Below are positions 1 to 9,286 of a stretch of 24,530 nt of DNA, in pieces. The position numbers and the translations under genes are program-made. The notes beneath the pieces are model-generated. The model searched no databases and had not been told where the DNA came from. It was given only the letters and a program-made list of their open reading frames with translations. The stretch's first letter is position 1; the number at the start of each line of letters is the position of its first letter. The DNA is from a bacterium (GTDB lineage: Bacteria > Zhuqueibacterota > Zhuqueibacteria > Oceanimicrobiales > Oceanimicrobiaceae), in the NCBI GenBank assembly GCA_046757025.1, contig JBHHXN010000072.1:1-24530 (forward strand), written 5' to 3'.

Positions 1-68
1 TCCCCCCCCTCGCAAAGGCGGACTTGAGACTCTTTCCCCCCTTTCACAAAGGGGGGTCAGGGGGGATT
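1..68 (-). repeat. REP-like palindromic element of the CCCCCCTTT-N3-AAAGGGGGG type, truncated by the window edge
   Basis: Perfect 9-bp stem cccccctttcacaaagggggg at 36-56, followed by tcaggggggatt. A degenerate second hairpin lies at 2-21. The element overlaps the stop codon of the 57..1079 ORF. Confidence 0.7.
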
Positions 69-1079
69 GGACGCCGTCACCGAACTTCTTGCTTCCAGCA
101 ATTTTTCAGAACAGAACCAGACCGCATAATCCAGCCAGCGGTGATCGCCCAGTGGGGTTTTGTGAGCTGAGACAAATCCCATGTGTCCACCGCTGCGGGT
201 GAGGTGCACTTGCAGGTGCGAATTTACCGGCAACCCTTTAAAAGATTTCACTGGTACGAATGGATCATCGTCGCTGGCCAGCAAAATGGTGGGCACCGTG
301 ATATTCTGCAGAAATTGTTTGGCGCTGCACCTGGTGTAATAATCTTCAGCCGACTCAAAATGGTTGAGCGGCGCGGTGTAAAATTCGTCAAACATGCGCA
401 CGGTCGTGTTCCACGGAAAACGATAAACGGGAAAATCAGGAAAATGCGCCTGGCGCTCTTTGATGGCTTCTTTTAGCAGCCGCACAAACCGGTGATCGTA
501 AATTCGATTACGTATCTTACACAACGCCACAGAACACAATGACAGATCGATGGGCGGGGTGACGGCCATGGCGCCGCTCAATTCATCCGGGTAGGGATGC
601 ATTTGCTCCCCAAGCAATTTCAGTAGGGCGTTGCCGCTGAGCGAAAATCCCACTGCCACCAGCGGCAGTCGGGGATGCAATTCGGCGAGATAATTCAATA
701 CCGCGCTGACGTCGTCGCTGCGGCCGGAATGATAGAGATTGCGGGCCAGTCCGGCGCCCGCTCCGCAGCCGCGGTGGTTCATGCGAAAAGTCAGCCAGCC
801 GCGCTCACTGAATAGTTTGGCCATGCGCATCATGTAGGGCGACTCTTCGTGACCGCCAAGCCCGTGCATAAACAGCGCGGCCCCTTTTGGTGCAGATTCC
901 CAATTACTTGCGTTTTCACAGACCGCTACTCTATCGCCTTCTGACACCGGCACCTGATGGACTCTATCCGGCTTGATTTCTTTGGGTCCCGGTAGGTAGT
1001 AACCGACAACGGTTTGCAGATGCCCCCCCGGCAGCAAGGGGTGGCGTTGAAAAGGCATGAAGCCATCTAATTGCGACAT
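57..1079 (-). CDS. YheT-like (ABHD1-3 type) alpha/beta hydrolase
   Basis: N-terminal HPLLPGGHLQT, HGLGG oxyanion region, NHRGCG, YHSGRSDD, nucleophile elbow GFSLSG, acid DDPFV and catalytic GGHMGF. Confidence 0.9.
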   Translation of the reverse strand: MSQLDGFMPFQRHPLLPGGHLQTVVGYYLPGPKEIKPDRVHQVPVSEGDRVAVCENASNWESAPKGAALFMHGLGGHEESPYMMRMAKLFSERGWLTFRMNHRGCGAGAGLARNLYHSGRSDDVSAVLNYLAELHPRLPLVAVGFSLSGNALLKLLGEQMHPYPDELSGAMAVTPPIDLSLCSVALCKIRNRIYDHRFVRLLKEAIKERQAHFPDFPVYRFPWNTTVRMFDEFYTAPLNHFESAEDYYTRCSAKQFLQNITVPTILLASDDDPFVPVKSFKGLPVNSHLQVHLTRSGGHMGFVSAHKTPLGDHRWLDYAVWFCSEKLLEARSSVTASNPP

Positions 1080-1210
1080 TTTCGATCCCGTTAATTGTTC
1101 AAATTGTTAAAGTGGGTAATTTAATATATTTTTGGAATTTTCAAAAATAAATGTAACTATTCAGTTCTGAAGGCAAAATTATTTTATGTCAAAATGATTT
1201 AAAATTCAGG

Positions 1211-1469
1211 CTAAGGCAGAATCGCTTTGAAATTGATACTACCCTAGTCAAAATTGCGCCATTGCATCGCCTTTAAGCACGCGAACCGAATTCAGCGGCA
1301 AAGAGCTTGCTCGAAAATTTTTCGTCTTTCGTTATCAATGAAATCTTGAAAGCAGCCTCCGTATGGATTATGGGAACTTTTGCCTGCCAGGAAAAGCGCC
1401 ACATTATTCGCGATGAATGGAGCAGGCCAATCCCATGATCACGTAATCAAGTAAACGAAAATCTTCATG
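1211..1469 (-). pseudogene. Decayed, internally deleted remnant resembling the long form of GxxExxY proteins
   Basis: Manual minus-strand translation across frameshifts gives HEDFRLLDYVIMGLACSIHRE*, then GRQK/VPIIHTEAAFKISLITKDEK, then FEQALCR*IRFACLKAMQWRNFD*GSINFKAILP*. These resemble the N- and C-termini of extended GxxExxY proteins as I recall them; not confirmed by search. Confidence 0.55.
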
Positions 1470-1470
1470 C

Positions 1471-1512
1471 GAGATGGCTTCATCCCGCACACACCGCGGG
1501 ACTCGCAACGAC
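1471..1512 (-). repeat. Half copy of the GTCATTGCGAG REP-like element
   Basis: Revcomp gtcgttgcgagtcccgcggtgtgtgcgggatgaagccatctc matches 15449-15490 at 36/42 positions. Confidence 0.85.
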
Positions 1513-1844
1513 AGCCCGGATTACTTTTTACGAGATACTCATAAACCATTTTACATTTAGCACGTTACTATTTGAGTTTTGATTTTTTGCTAATCATTTT
1601 GTCTAATAAAAGCTTGGCCCATTGTACAGCGTTTTGGAACGGTTCAGCCTTTCACCCTGCAATTGCGTGATCTTTTTTAAGTCGGAGAGTCTGTTGGCCA
1701 AACAAAGAAGAGCTAAACAACAAACAAGCTCCCCCTACGGGAAGACAATTCAAGGCTGTCCATGAGAGGTCTGGCTTCGCGTCCGCAAAAAGACCTTTAC
1801 GAAGGTAAGTCATTTTTATTTGATAAAAATTGCGAATTATTTTA

Positions 1845-1873
1845 TTGACTCTTAGCGAGAAAATCCTTATCAT
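1845..1873 (+). promoter_or_regulatory. Sigma70-like promoter for 1903..2268
   Basis: TTGACT (1845-1850), 17-nt spacer, TATCAT (1868-1873). An AT palindrome atttttat-ttg-ataaaaat sits just upstream at 1812-1830. Confidence 0.55.
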
Positions 1874-1902
1874 GGCGGGCGAAAGGGGTTGAGCGAAAGG
1901 CC

Positions 1903-2268
1903 ATGTATTTAAACAAAAAACCCATTTTAGAAACCGAGCTGGTGCTCATTTACATTGATGACGAGCCGGCATTTTATGCGCGTGTGGAAAAAATCACTGC
2001 GGACGTCAAACCGAAGTGGTGGCGCGTGAAATTGCTGATATTGACTTTTCCGGCCAAACTGACCACCTGGATCATCGACGACGAACAGATCCGAGGAGCG
2101 GATTTCACCATGGGGGGTACGCCGCTCCGCATCGAAAAAGTGAGCGTACCCGAAACAGGGCAACTGAGCGAGCAGGACACCGGCGAATCCCCGCAAGAAA
2201 AAAAACGCACCCCGGCGCGCGTGGTTTCCATGCCCATTAAGAATCCGGTCAAAAAAACCACTAAATGA
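1903..2268 (+). CDS. Conserved hypothetical protein (small beta-rich domain plus charged tail)
   Basis: 121 aa with a globular part (LVLIYIDDEPAFYARVEKITADVKPKWWRVKLLIL...TWII...FTMGG) that resembles hypotheticals I recall from deltaproteobacteria. A promoter lies upstream. Confidence 0.75.
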   Translation: MYLNKKPILETELVLIYIDDEPAFYARVEKITADVKPKWWRVKLLILTFPAKLTTWIIDDEQIRGADFTMGGTPLRIEKVSVPETGQLSEQDTGESPQEKKRTPARVVSMPIKNPVKKTTK

Positions 2269-2280
2269 CTTTTTTAAAAC

Positions 2281-2309
2281 TTGACTTTTTTTGAAAAAAT
2301 ATTTATATA
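2281..2309 (+). promoter_or_regulatory. Possible promoter of the act-cox operon
   Basis: TTGACT (2281-2286), 17 nt, TATATA (2304-2309). The -10 is imperfect. Confidence 0.3.
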
Positions 2310-2481
2310 CCAATCTTTTGAAAAACTAATTAAATAACCAATAATAAAACAATAAGGAAATTGCTCAAAATCTGGTTACTGCTTTCATTTTTCTCCTCGG
2401 TTTGTGTATTAGACAAACGACTTCTGCAAACGACCGCCAAAAGCAAAATCCTTTATTTCATATTGGATTCAAGCTTCATTA

Positions 2482-3132
2482 ATGTCTCAAATTTTTCATC
2501 CTAGTACGAATACCTTTTCAAAGGTGACCATCTTTGGAACGATGTTTTTTCTGGCCGCTCTGGGCTGGATCGTTCTGGCTATCGAACGCTCCTCTTATGT
2601 GACCCAAGCCAGCGTAGTTCGCGAACAACCGGTGCCGTTCAGCCACCGACACCATGTCTCGGACCTGGGCATCGACTGTCGCTACTGCCACACTTCAGTG
2701 GAAGAAAGCCCATTTGCGGGCATCCCACCCACCAAAACGTGCATGACCTGTCATTCCCAGATTCACAACACAGCCGAGATGTTGGAACCGGTGCGAGAAA
2801 GCTGGCGCACCGGTAAATCTCTGGAATGGGTCCGTGTGCACGATTTACCGGATTTTGTGTATTTCAACCACAGCATCCACCTGAAAAAAGGTGTGGGGTG
2901 TGAGACTTGTCACGGGCCTGTGGGCGATATGGCCCTGACCTGGAAACAGAATTCCTTGAACATGGAATGGTGCCTGGAGTGCCATCGGGCGCCGGAAAAA
3001 TTTGTGCGACCACGGGAGAACGTTTTTAACCTCCACTGGCAACCGCAAATCGAGCAGGAAATCCTGGGGGCGCAACTGTTAGAAAAATACCACATCAAGA
3101 GTGAAACCAATTGTTCAATTTGCCATAGATGA
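2482..3132 (+). CDS. actA: Alternative complex III pentaheme cytochrome c subunit
   Basis: N-terminal TM helix, QPVPFSHRHH and five CxxCH motifs (CRYCH, CMTCH, CETCH, CLECH, CSICH). First gene of the act cluster. Confidence 0.95.
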   Translation: MSQIFHPSTNTFSKVTIFGTMFFLAALGWIVLAIERSSYVTQASVVREQPVPFSHRHHVSDLGIDCRYCHTSVEESPFAGIPPTKTCMTCHSQIHNTAEMLEPVRESWRTGKSLEWVRVHDLPDFVYFNHSIHLKKGVGCETCHGPVGDMALTWKQNSLNMEWCLECHRAPEKFVRPRENVFNLHWQPQIEQEILGAQLLEKYHIKSETNCSICHR

Positions 3133-6100
3133 AAAAATCACACGAATTAGGAAATAACACCGATATTTCAGCCATTCGCGCTAAATTGCAAAATCTGCGA
3201 GGAAAGGCGTACTGGCGCAGCCTGGAAGAGCTGGCGGAAACGGAAGAATTTCAGCGGCTGGTAGAAAACGAGTTTCCACAAAGCCCCATGGTATGGGAAA
3301 AACCGTTCAGCCGCCGCAAATTCATGCAGCTCATGGGGGCTTCGCTGGCGCTGGCGGGTTTAACCGCGTGCACCCGGCAGCCTCTTGAAAAAATCGTTCC
3401 GTACGTGAAAGCGCCGGAAGAGATCGTTCCCGGCAAACCGCTCTTCTTTGCCTCAGCCTTCACATTGAACGGCTACGCCAGCGGTATTCTGGTGGAAAGC
3501 CACATGGGACGACCGACTAAAATCGAGGGGAATCCGCAGCACCCGGCCAGTCTGGGTGCCACCAGCGTACTGGCGCAGGCCTCGATTCTGGACCTCTACG
3601 ATCCGGACCGAGCACAAGTGGTGACCAATATCGGCAGCATCAGCACCTGGGAAAATTTTGTCACCGTGCTCAATCAGCAACTGGACAGCCAGCGACTCAC
3701 CGACGGCGCCGGCATTCGCATTTTAACCGAAACCGTAACCTCGCCGACGCTGACCGATCAAATCCAGTCTATCCTGCAAAAATTTCCCCTGGCCAAATGG
3801 CATCAATATGAGCCGTGTAATGGCGACAATCTGAAGAAAGGAGCGCAACTGGCGTTTGGTGAATTCGTGGACTGCCGCTACGATTACGAAGCTGCTGACT
3901 ATATCCTGACCCTGGATGCGGATTTTCTGGCGGCCGGTCCTGGCCAGTTAAAATATGCTCGTCAATTTACAGCCAGAAGAAAAAGCACAGAAAACCAGCC
4001 GGACATGAATCGGCTTTATGCGGTGGAGAGCACCCCTTCCCTGACCGGCGCCATGGCGGATCATCGGCTGCCGCTGCAGACGAGTGAAATCGTCGATTTA
4101 GCCATAGCTCTATCGCGTGAGCTGGAAGTCCTGGAAGCACTTGATTTACAAATTGCAGAAGGTTACTCTCCACCCGCTTCGGAAAGGTCCTGGCGCAACT
4201 GGATGAAGGCAGCCGCCAAAGACTTACGCCGCCATCCCGGAAAAAGTCTGATCGTTGTTGGCGAATCGCAGCCGCCACCGGTGCATTTGCTGGCCCATGT
4301 CCTGAATCGGGCGCTCGGCAACGTCGGCAAAACCGTGTTCTATTCCGAGCCAGTCGAATCGAATCCGACAATTCAGTTGGATTCGCTGCGGCAGCTCAAC
4401 GATGAGATGGCCAACGGCGCCGTGGAAGTGCTCCTCATTTTGGGCGGTAATCCGGTTTTGACCGCACCTGCCGATTTCAACATTACTGAGCAGATGGCGA
4501 AAGTCAAGTTCAGCGTGCATTTGAGTCAGCAGGAAGATGAGACTTCCCACTGGTGCCACTGGCACATTCCACAGACACACTACCTGGAGAACTGGAGCGA
4601 CGTCCGGGCTTTTGACGGCACGGTGACCATTCAGCAACCGTTGATTGCGCCGCTGTATGGCGGCATTTCTGAACACGAGCTGCTGGCGGTGCTCACGGGT
4701 CAGACCGGTAAATCCGCGCACGACATCGTCAAGGATACCTGGCGCGCCCGCATGGCTTTGCCCGAATTTGAAAATTTCTGGCGGACTTCACTTCACGACG
4801 GTGTGGTTGCGGGCACCGCCGTCGAGCCGAAATCCGTGCCGCTACGCATCCAAAACAAAACTCTGGAAATCGAATCGATTTCGAAAAGCATGTCCACAGA
4901 TTCAGACTTTGAAATGGTTTTCAAACCAGATCCAAACATCCACGACGGCCGATTTGCCAACAATCCCTGGCTGCAGGAATTGCCGAAACCGCTGACAAAG
5001 CTGACCTGGGACAACGCCGCTCTCATCAGTCCGGCGGACGCGGAACGCCGGCGACTGAGCAACGGCGATGTGGTGGAGCTACAAGCGGGTGAACATAAGC
5101 TGAAGGCGCCCGTGTGGATTCTGCCCGGACAAGCTGAACGATCCATCACCCTGCATTTTGGATATGGCAGAAAACGCGCCGGCATGATTGGGTCGGCCGT
5201 GGGAGTCGATGTTTTTAAGCTGCGCACCTCTTCTGCAACCTGGTTTGCCACCGGCGTGAAAATGCAAAAGACCCACGACAAAGTAAAACTCGCCAGCACC
5301 CAGATGCATCACAACATGGAAAACCGCCACCTGGTGAGAAGCGCAAATCTGCATGAATTTATTGAACAGCCAGAACTATTTCATGAGATGGGTCATGATC
5401 CCGACCCGGATTTAACCCTCTATCCGGATTACGAATACGAAGGCAACTCCTGGGGCATGGTGGTGGATTTGAATAGCTGTATCGGCTGCAACGCCTGCAC
5501 AGTCGCCTGTCAATCTGAAAACAACATTCCGGTAGTGGGGAAAGATGAAGTCCTGAGGGGACGGGAAATGCACTGGATTCGCATCGACCGCTATTTCGAA
5601 GGGGAGCTTGAAAATCCAGCGGTGCACCACCAACCGGTCATGTGCATGCACTGTGAAAACGCCCCGTGCGAGGTGGTGTGTCCGGTGGCGGCCACTGTGC
5701 ACAGCGACGAAGGTCTCAACGAAATGGTTTACAATCGGTGTGTGGGAACACGATACTGCTCCAACAATTGTCCGTACAAAGTACGGCGATTTAATTTTTT
5801 TCTTTACGCGGACCTGGAAACACCGACTCTCAAATTGCAAAGGAATCCCGATGTGACCGTTCGAACTCGCGGGATTATGGAAAAATGTACTTACTGCGTC
5901 CAAAGGATCAATTCAGCCCGCATCGAAGCGAAAAAAGAGGAACGAGATATTCGCGACGGCGAAATCATCACAGCCTGTCAACAGGTATGTCCCACAGACG
6001 CGATTGTGTTCGGAAATATCAACGACCCGGAAAGTCGTGTTGCCCAGCTCAAAGCGGATAAACGAAATTACGGCATTTTAACCGATTTGAATACCCGACC

Positions 6101-6158
6101 GAGAACCAGTTATTTAGGGAAGCTAAAAAACCCGAATCCGGAGCTCGAGGAAAGCTGA
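3129..6158 (+). CDS. actB: Alternative complex III ActB (molybdopterin oxidoreductase-like domain fused to Fe-S domain; extended Tat signal, lipobox)
   Basis: YWRSLEEL extension, SRRKFMQL Tat motif and LTAC lipobox; GRPTKIEGNP. C-terminal Fe-S motifs CIGCNACTVAC, CMHCENAPCEVVCP, CVGTRYCSNNCP and CTYC...CQQVCP. ATGA overlap with actA. Confidence 0.96.
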   Translation: MKKSHELGNNTDISAIRAKLQNLRGKAYWRSLEELAETEEFQRLVENEFPQSPMVWEKPFSRRKFMQLMGASLALAGLTACTRQPLEKIVPYVKAPEEIVPGKPLFFASAFTLNGYASGILVESHMGRPTKIEGNPQHPASLGATSVLAQASILDLYDPDRAQVVTNIGSISTWENFVTVLNQQLDSQRLTDGAGIRILTETVTSPTLTDQIQSILQKFPLAKWHQYEPCNGDNLKKGAQLAFGEFVDCRYDYEAADYILTLDADFLAAGPGQLKYARQFTARRKSTENQPDMNRLYAVESTPSLTGAMADHRLPLQTSEIVDLAIALSRELEVLEALDLQIAEGYSPPASERSWRNWMKAAAKDLRRHPGKSLIVVGESQPPPVHLLAHVLNRALGNVGKTVFYSEPVESNPTIQLDSLRQLNDEMANGAVEVLLILGGNPVLTAPADFNITEQMAKVKFSVHLSQQEDETSHWCHWHIPQTHYLENWSDVRAFDGTVTIQQPLIAPLYGGISEHELLAVLTGQTGKSAHDIVKDTWRARMALPEFENFWRTSLHDGVVAGTAVEPKSVPLRIQNKTLEIESISKSMSTDSDFEMVFKPDPNIHDGRFANNPWLQELPKPLTKLTWDNAALISPADAERRRLSNGDVVELQAGEHKLKAPVWILPGQAERSITLHFGYGRKRAGMIGSAVGVDVFKLRTSSATWFATGVKMQKTHDKVKLASTQMHHNMENRHLVRSANLHEFIEQPELFHEMGHDPDPDLTLYPDYEYEGNSWGMVVDLNSCIGCNACTVACQSENNIPVVGKDEVLRGREMHWIRIDRYFEGELENPAVHHQPVMCMHCENAPCEVVCPVAATVHSDEGLNEMVYNRCVGTRYCSNNCPYKVRRFNFFLYADLETPTLKLQRNPDVTVRTRGIMEKCTYCVQRINSARIEAKKEERDIRDGEIITACQQVCPTDAIVFGNINDPESRVAQLKADKRNYGILTDLNTRPRTSYLGKLKNPNPELEES

Positions 6159-7534
6159 TGTCAGCAGATGATTTAAAAAAGAAAAAGTCATCCGTAAAAG
6201 AAGCGCCGTTCATCGAGCCGGGACACACTTATGCTTCGATCACGGACAAGATCAGCTCCATCGTGCTCACCCGCAAAACACCGCTGGGTTGGTTTGTGGG
6301 ATTTGGTCTGGCGTTTTCCCTGCTGATGCTGCTGCTGGTGGCGGTGACTTATTTGTTCATCAAAGGCGTGGGTATTTGGGGCATCAACATTCCTGTGGGG
6401 TGGGGATTTGCCATCATCAACTTTGTCTGGTGGATCGGAATCGGTCATGCCGGCACGCTTATTTCCGCCATTCTTTTGCTTCTGCGGCAGGAGTGGCGTA
6501 CCTCCATCAACCGCTTTGCCGAAGCCATGACCCTGTTTGCCGTGGCTGCGGCCGGCATTTTTCCGCTCATCCACATGGGAAGACCGTGGCTGTTTTATTG
6601 GCTGATGCCCTACCCCAACACCATGTCGTTGTGGCCGCAATTCCGCAGTCCCCTGGTGTGGGATGTGTTCGCCGTGAGTACGTACGCCACGGTTTCGCTG
6701 CTGTTCTGGTATGTGGGGCTGGTGCCGGATTTTGCCACGTTGCGTGACCGCACAAAGAGTCGATTTTCCCAGATCGTTTACGGGGTGCTGGCCATGGGCT
6801 GGCGCGGCTCCGCCATCCACTGGTACCGCTATGAAACCGCTTATCTGCTTTTGGCTGGTCTAGCCACGCCGCTGGTGATTTCGGTACACACAGTGGTGAG
6901 TTTTGACTTTGCCATGTCCATCGTACCGGGTTGGCATGCTACAATCTTTCCGCCCTATTTTGTGGCGGGAGCGATTTATGCCGGCTTCGCCATGGTGCTG
7001 ACCCTTTCCATCCCGCTGCGAAAAATCTTTGGCCTGGAAGACTTTATCACCATGCGGCACCTGAAGAACATGGCCAAAGTGATGCTGGCCACCGGCCTCA
7101 TCGTGGGGTACGGATACATGATGGAAGCCTTCACCGCCTGGTACAGCGGCAGCGAATACGAAGAGTTCATGATCTTGAATCGCATGACCGGGCCGTATGC
7201 GGTATTTTTCTGGGCGTTGATTTTTTGCAACGTGGTGGTACCGCAATTTCTCTGGTTTGAAAGATTTCAAAACAACGTGGTCGCGCTTTTTGCCATCGCC
7301 ATGGTGGTGAACGTCGGTATGTGGCTGGAGCGGTTTATCATCGTCGTTACCAGTCTGCATCGAGATTTTTTACCGTCGTCATGGGATATGTATGCGGGTA
7401 CTTTTTGGGATTGGGCAACGTTTCTCGGCACCATCGGACTTTTCTTCGCGCTGATGTTTTTATTCCTGCGGTTGATTCCAGCCATTTCAATTTTTGAAAT
7501 GCGCACGCTGGTGACCGAAAAAGAAACAAAATAA
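6158..7534 (+). CDS. actC: Alternative complex III quinol-binding membrane subunit (NrfD/PsrC family)
   Basis: NFVWWIGIGHAGTLISAIL, WRTSINRFAEAMT, HMGRPW, FRSPLVWDVFAVSTY; polytopic. TGATG overlap with actB. Confidence 0.96.
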   Translation: MSADDLKKKKSSVKEAPFIEPGHTYASITDKISSIVLTRKTPLGWFVGFGLAFSLLMLLLVAVTYLFIKGVGIWGINIPVGWGFAIINFVWWIGIGHAGTLISAILLLLRQEWRTSINRFAEAMTLFAVAAAGIFPLIHMGRPWLFYWLMPYPNTMSLWPQFRSPLVWDVFAVSTYATVSLLFWYVGLVPDFATLRDRTKSRFSQIVYGVLAMGWRGSAIHWYRYETAYLLLAGLATPLVISVHTVVSFDFAMSIVPGWHATIFPPYFVAGAIYAGFAMVLTLSIPLRKIFGLEDFITMRHLKNMAKVMLATGLIVGYGYMMEAFTAWYSGSEYEEFMILNRMTGPYAVFFWALIFCNVVVPQFLWFERFQNNVVALFAIAMVVNVGMWLERFIIVVTSLHRDFLPSSWDMYAGTFWDWATFLGTIGLFFALMFLFLRLIPAISIFEMRTLVTEKETK

Positions 7535-7569
7535 CCAAAGCTCTAATTGAAAATTGAAATTAAAGTACC

Positions 7570-8311
7570 GCCACTGATATTCACGGATTGAACACGGATA
7601 AAATGAGTTTAGAATTTGAAGATATTACAGAAGCAATAATTGGGGCTGCCTTTGAAGTCTATAATATTCTCGGCTATGGTTTTTTAGAGAAAGTATATCA
7701 AAAAGCATTACAGGTTGAACTGTTACGCCGGGGACATTCTGCAGAACTAGAACATGCTATAAAAGTGAAGTTTAAAGGTGTCATAGTCGGTGATTATGAA
7801 GCGGATCTGTTTGTGGATGGCAAAGTATTAGTGGAAATTAAAGTTGCAAAAAAATATAATCCGAAAGATGAGCCACAGTTGCTGAATGAATTGAAAGCAA
7901 CAAAAATAAGAGTCGGGCTACTCATTAATTTCGGCAAGCAAAAACTAGAATTCAAACGATTCAGTTATGGGTAAAAATCCGTGTGTAATCTGTACTACAA
8001 GCCGACAACATGGTGTTTTTTAGCAAAGTTTTGGACGCTTCAGAACCTATTTTAGCCACGGATTTACACTGATAAAACACAGATTTTAAAATATAAAGTA
8101 TTTGAAATGAACTTTTATCTTCAAGAACCTGTTGTTGATTGATTGTGAAATTAATAAGTAAGCTCAAGTACAAAAGTTTAAATAGTGGAACGAATAATCA
8201 TTTTGTTTTCATATACTAACGGTACTTAAAGGTATTTATCCGTGTCAATCGGTGTTAATCGGTGGCTAAATTATTGGGTTGCGGCTCTACAGTGCTGAGT
8301 GCATCTGTGGC
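7570..8311. mobile_element. Nested cassette with ~10-mer tandem-repeat inverted arms (CACGGAT-type) between actC and actD
   Basis: Left arm gccactgatattcacggattgaacacggata (7570-7600). Right-arm pieces aatccgtgtgtaatctgt (7976-7993) and gtgcatctgtggc (8299-8311). Inner pair tttagccacggatttacactgataaaacacagattt (8051-8086) and tttatccgtgtcaatcggtgttaatcggtggctaaa (8235-8270). Mobility is inferred. Confidence 0.7.
7603..7974 (+). CDS. GxxExxY protein (PD-(D/E)XK nuclease-like)
   Basis: GFLEKVY matches GxxExxY; ADLFVDGKVLVEIK is a D...ExK motif; QLLNEL and GLLINFG are typical. Visibly AT-richer than the flanking act genes. ATG at 7603, alternative TTG at 7588. Confidence 0.93.
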   Translation: MSLEFEDITEAIIGAAFEVYNILGYGFLEKVYQKALQVELLRRGHSAELEHAIKVKFKGVIVGDYEADLFVDGKVLVEIKVAKKYNPKDEPQLLNELKATKIRVGLLINFGKQKLEFKRFSYG

Positions 8312-8370
8312 TGTAACACTAAAAAATGAGTTTTTTATCAACACTGATCTATTCAGATCCCAAAAATATC

Positions 8371-8910
8371 ATGAATAAAGAACGCGAAATCTACGGTTTA
8401 TTAGCGGAATTTGAAAATCCCGAACAACTAATCGAGGCGGCAACGAAGGCGCGTGAGCACGGCTTTCAAAAAATGGACGCCTATACACCGTTTCCTGTGG
8501 AAGAGCTGCCGCAAGCAGTGGGCTTCAAAAAACCGATGCTGCCGCTCATCGTGCTCATTGGCGGCATCGTCGGGGCGCTGCTGGGATTTGGCATGCAATA
8601 TTACGCTTCGGTCATTTCGTACCCACTGAATGTGGGCGGCCGACCGCTGAATAGCTGGCCGTCGTTCATTCCCATAACCTTCGAAATGACGATTTTGGTA
8701 GCGGCCTTTTCTGCGGTACTCGGCATGTTTGCTTTGAACAAGCTGCCCATGCCGTACCATCCGGTATTTAACGTACCGCGTTTCAAACTGGCGTCGCGCG
8801 ACCGCTTCTTTCTGTGTATCGAAAGCAAAGACCCGCAATTCTATTTAAAACAAACCGCGGAGTTTTTAAAATCGCTGCATGCGGTGGAGGTATTTGAGGT
8901 GGAGCCGTGA
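8371..8910 (+). CDS. actD: Alternative complex III ActD (DUF3341)
   Basis: YGLLAEF, MDAYTPFPV, YPLNVGGRPLNSWPSFIPITFE, ASRDRFFL; two TM helices. An in-frame upstream ATG exists at 8326. Confidence 0.93.
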   Translation: MNKEREIYGLLAEFENPEQLIEAATKAREHGFQKMDAYTPFPVEELPQAVGFKKPMLPLIVLIGGIVGALLGFGMQYYASVISYPLNVGGRPLNSWPSFIPITFEMTILVAAFSAVLGMFALNKLPMPYHPVFNVPRFKLASRDRFFLCIESKDPQFYLKQTAEFLKSLHAVEVFEVEP

Positions 8911-8918
8911 TTTTATTT

Positions 8919-8960
8919 GAGGATAGAAAATAGAGAATAGAGGTTTGAAAATAGAAAATA
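8919..8960 (+). repeat. Heptamer tandem array (GAAAATA-like x6), left arm
   Basis: gaggata gaaaata gagaata gaggttt gaaaata gaaaata. Confidence 0.85.
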
Positions 8961-8964
8961 AATT

Positions 8965-9218
8965 TAGCCTGAACTATTCAAAAAAATATTAACGCAGAGT
9001 TCGCCGAGGACGCTGAGTTACACAGAGAAAATCCTAAGGATTTAAGACCATGAGAGTCAGGCATTGACCTGGAAGTGTTGCATAAAGCAATCGCCTTTCT
9101 CTGCGTCCTTTGCGAACTCTGCGTTTAGAAACTTGTTTTAACGTCAGACAATTACTTAACATGTATATATTAATCGCTTTAAGGCTTTCTCAAACAGATT
9201 TTGGAATAACCCAGGTTA
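8965..9218. mobile_element. MITE-like element with imperfect ~21-bp terminal inverted repeats, containing an inner 9-mer-armed inverted repeat
   Basis: Ends: tagcctgaactattcaaaaaa (8965-8985) vs revcomp of 9198-9218, taacctgggttattccaaaat. Inner arms: aacgcagagttcgccgaggacgctgagttacacagagaaa (8991-9030) vs revcomp of 9096-9127, taaacgcagagttcgcaaaggacgcagagaaa (14-bp exact core). Confidence 0.65.
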
Positions 9219-9286
9219 GGAATTAGGATTTTAAAAATCGTTGTGATAAATAGCTTTTTATCAGATAAATCCTCGATACGCGGGAT

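Larger units (their letters stand above)
1172..1603. repeat. Inverted arms of ~12-mer G(G/T)CAAAATGATT-type units enclosing a gene remnant
   Basis: Left units ggcaaaattatt (1172-1183) and gtcaaaatgatt (1188-1199). Right units gattttttgc (1581-1590) and aatcattttgtc (1592-1603, revcomp gacaaaatgatt). Confidence 0.55.

Noticed and set aside
1152..1164. tgtaactattcag as a MITE end (shares aactattca with 8972-8980)
   Set aside because: No convincing inverted partner found in the spacer.
8351..8366. attcagatcccaaaaa also present near 20895-20911
   Set aside because: Short match with an indel and no shared context; may be chance.
7570..9127. CRISPR-like array
   Set aside because: The repeats are short, degenerate and inverted, there are no regular unique spacers, and there are no cas genes.
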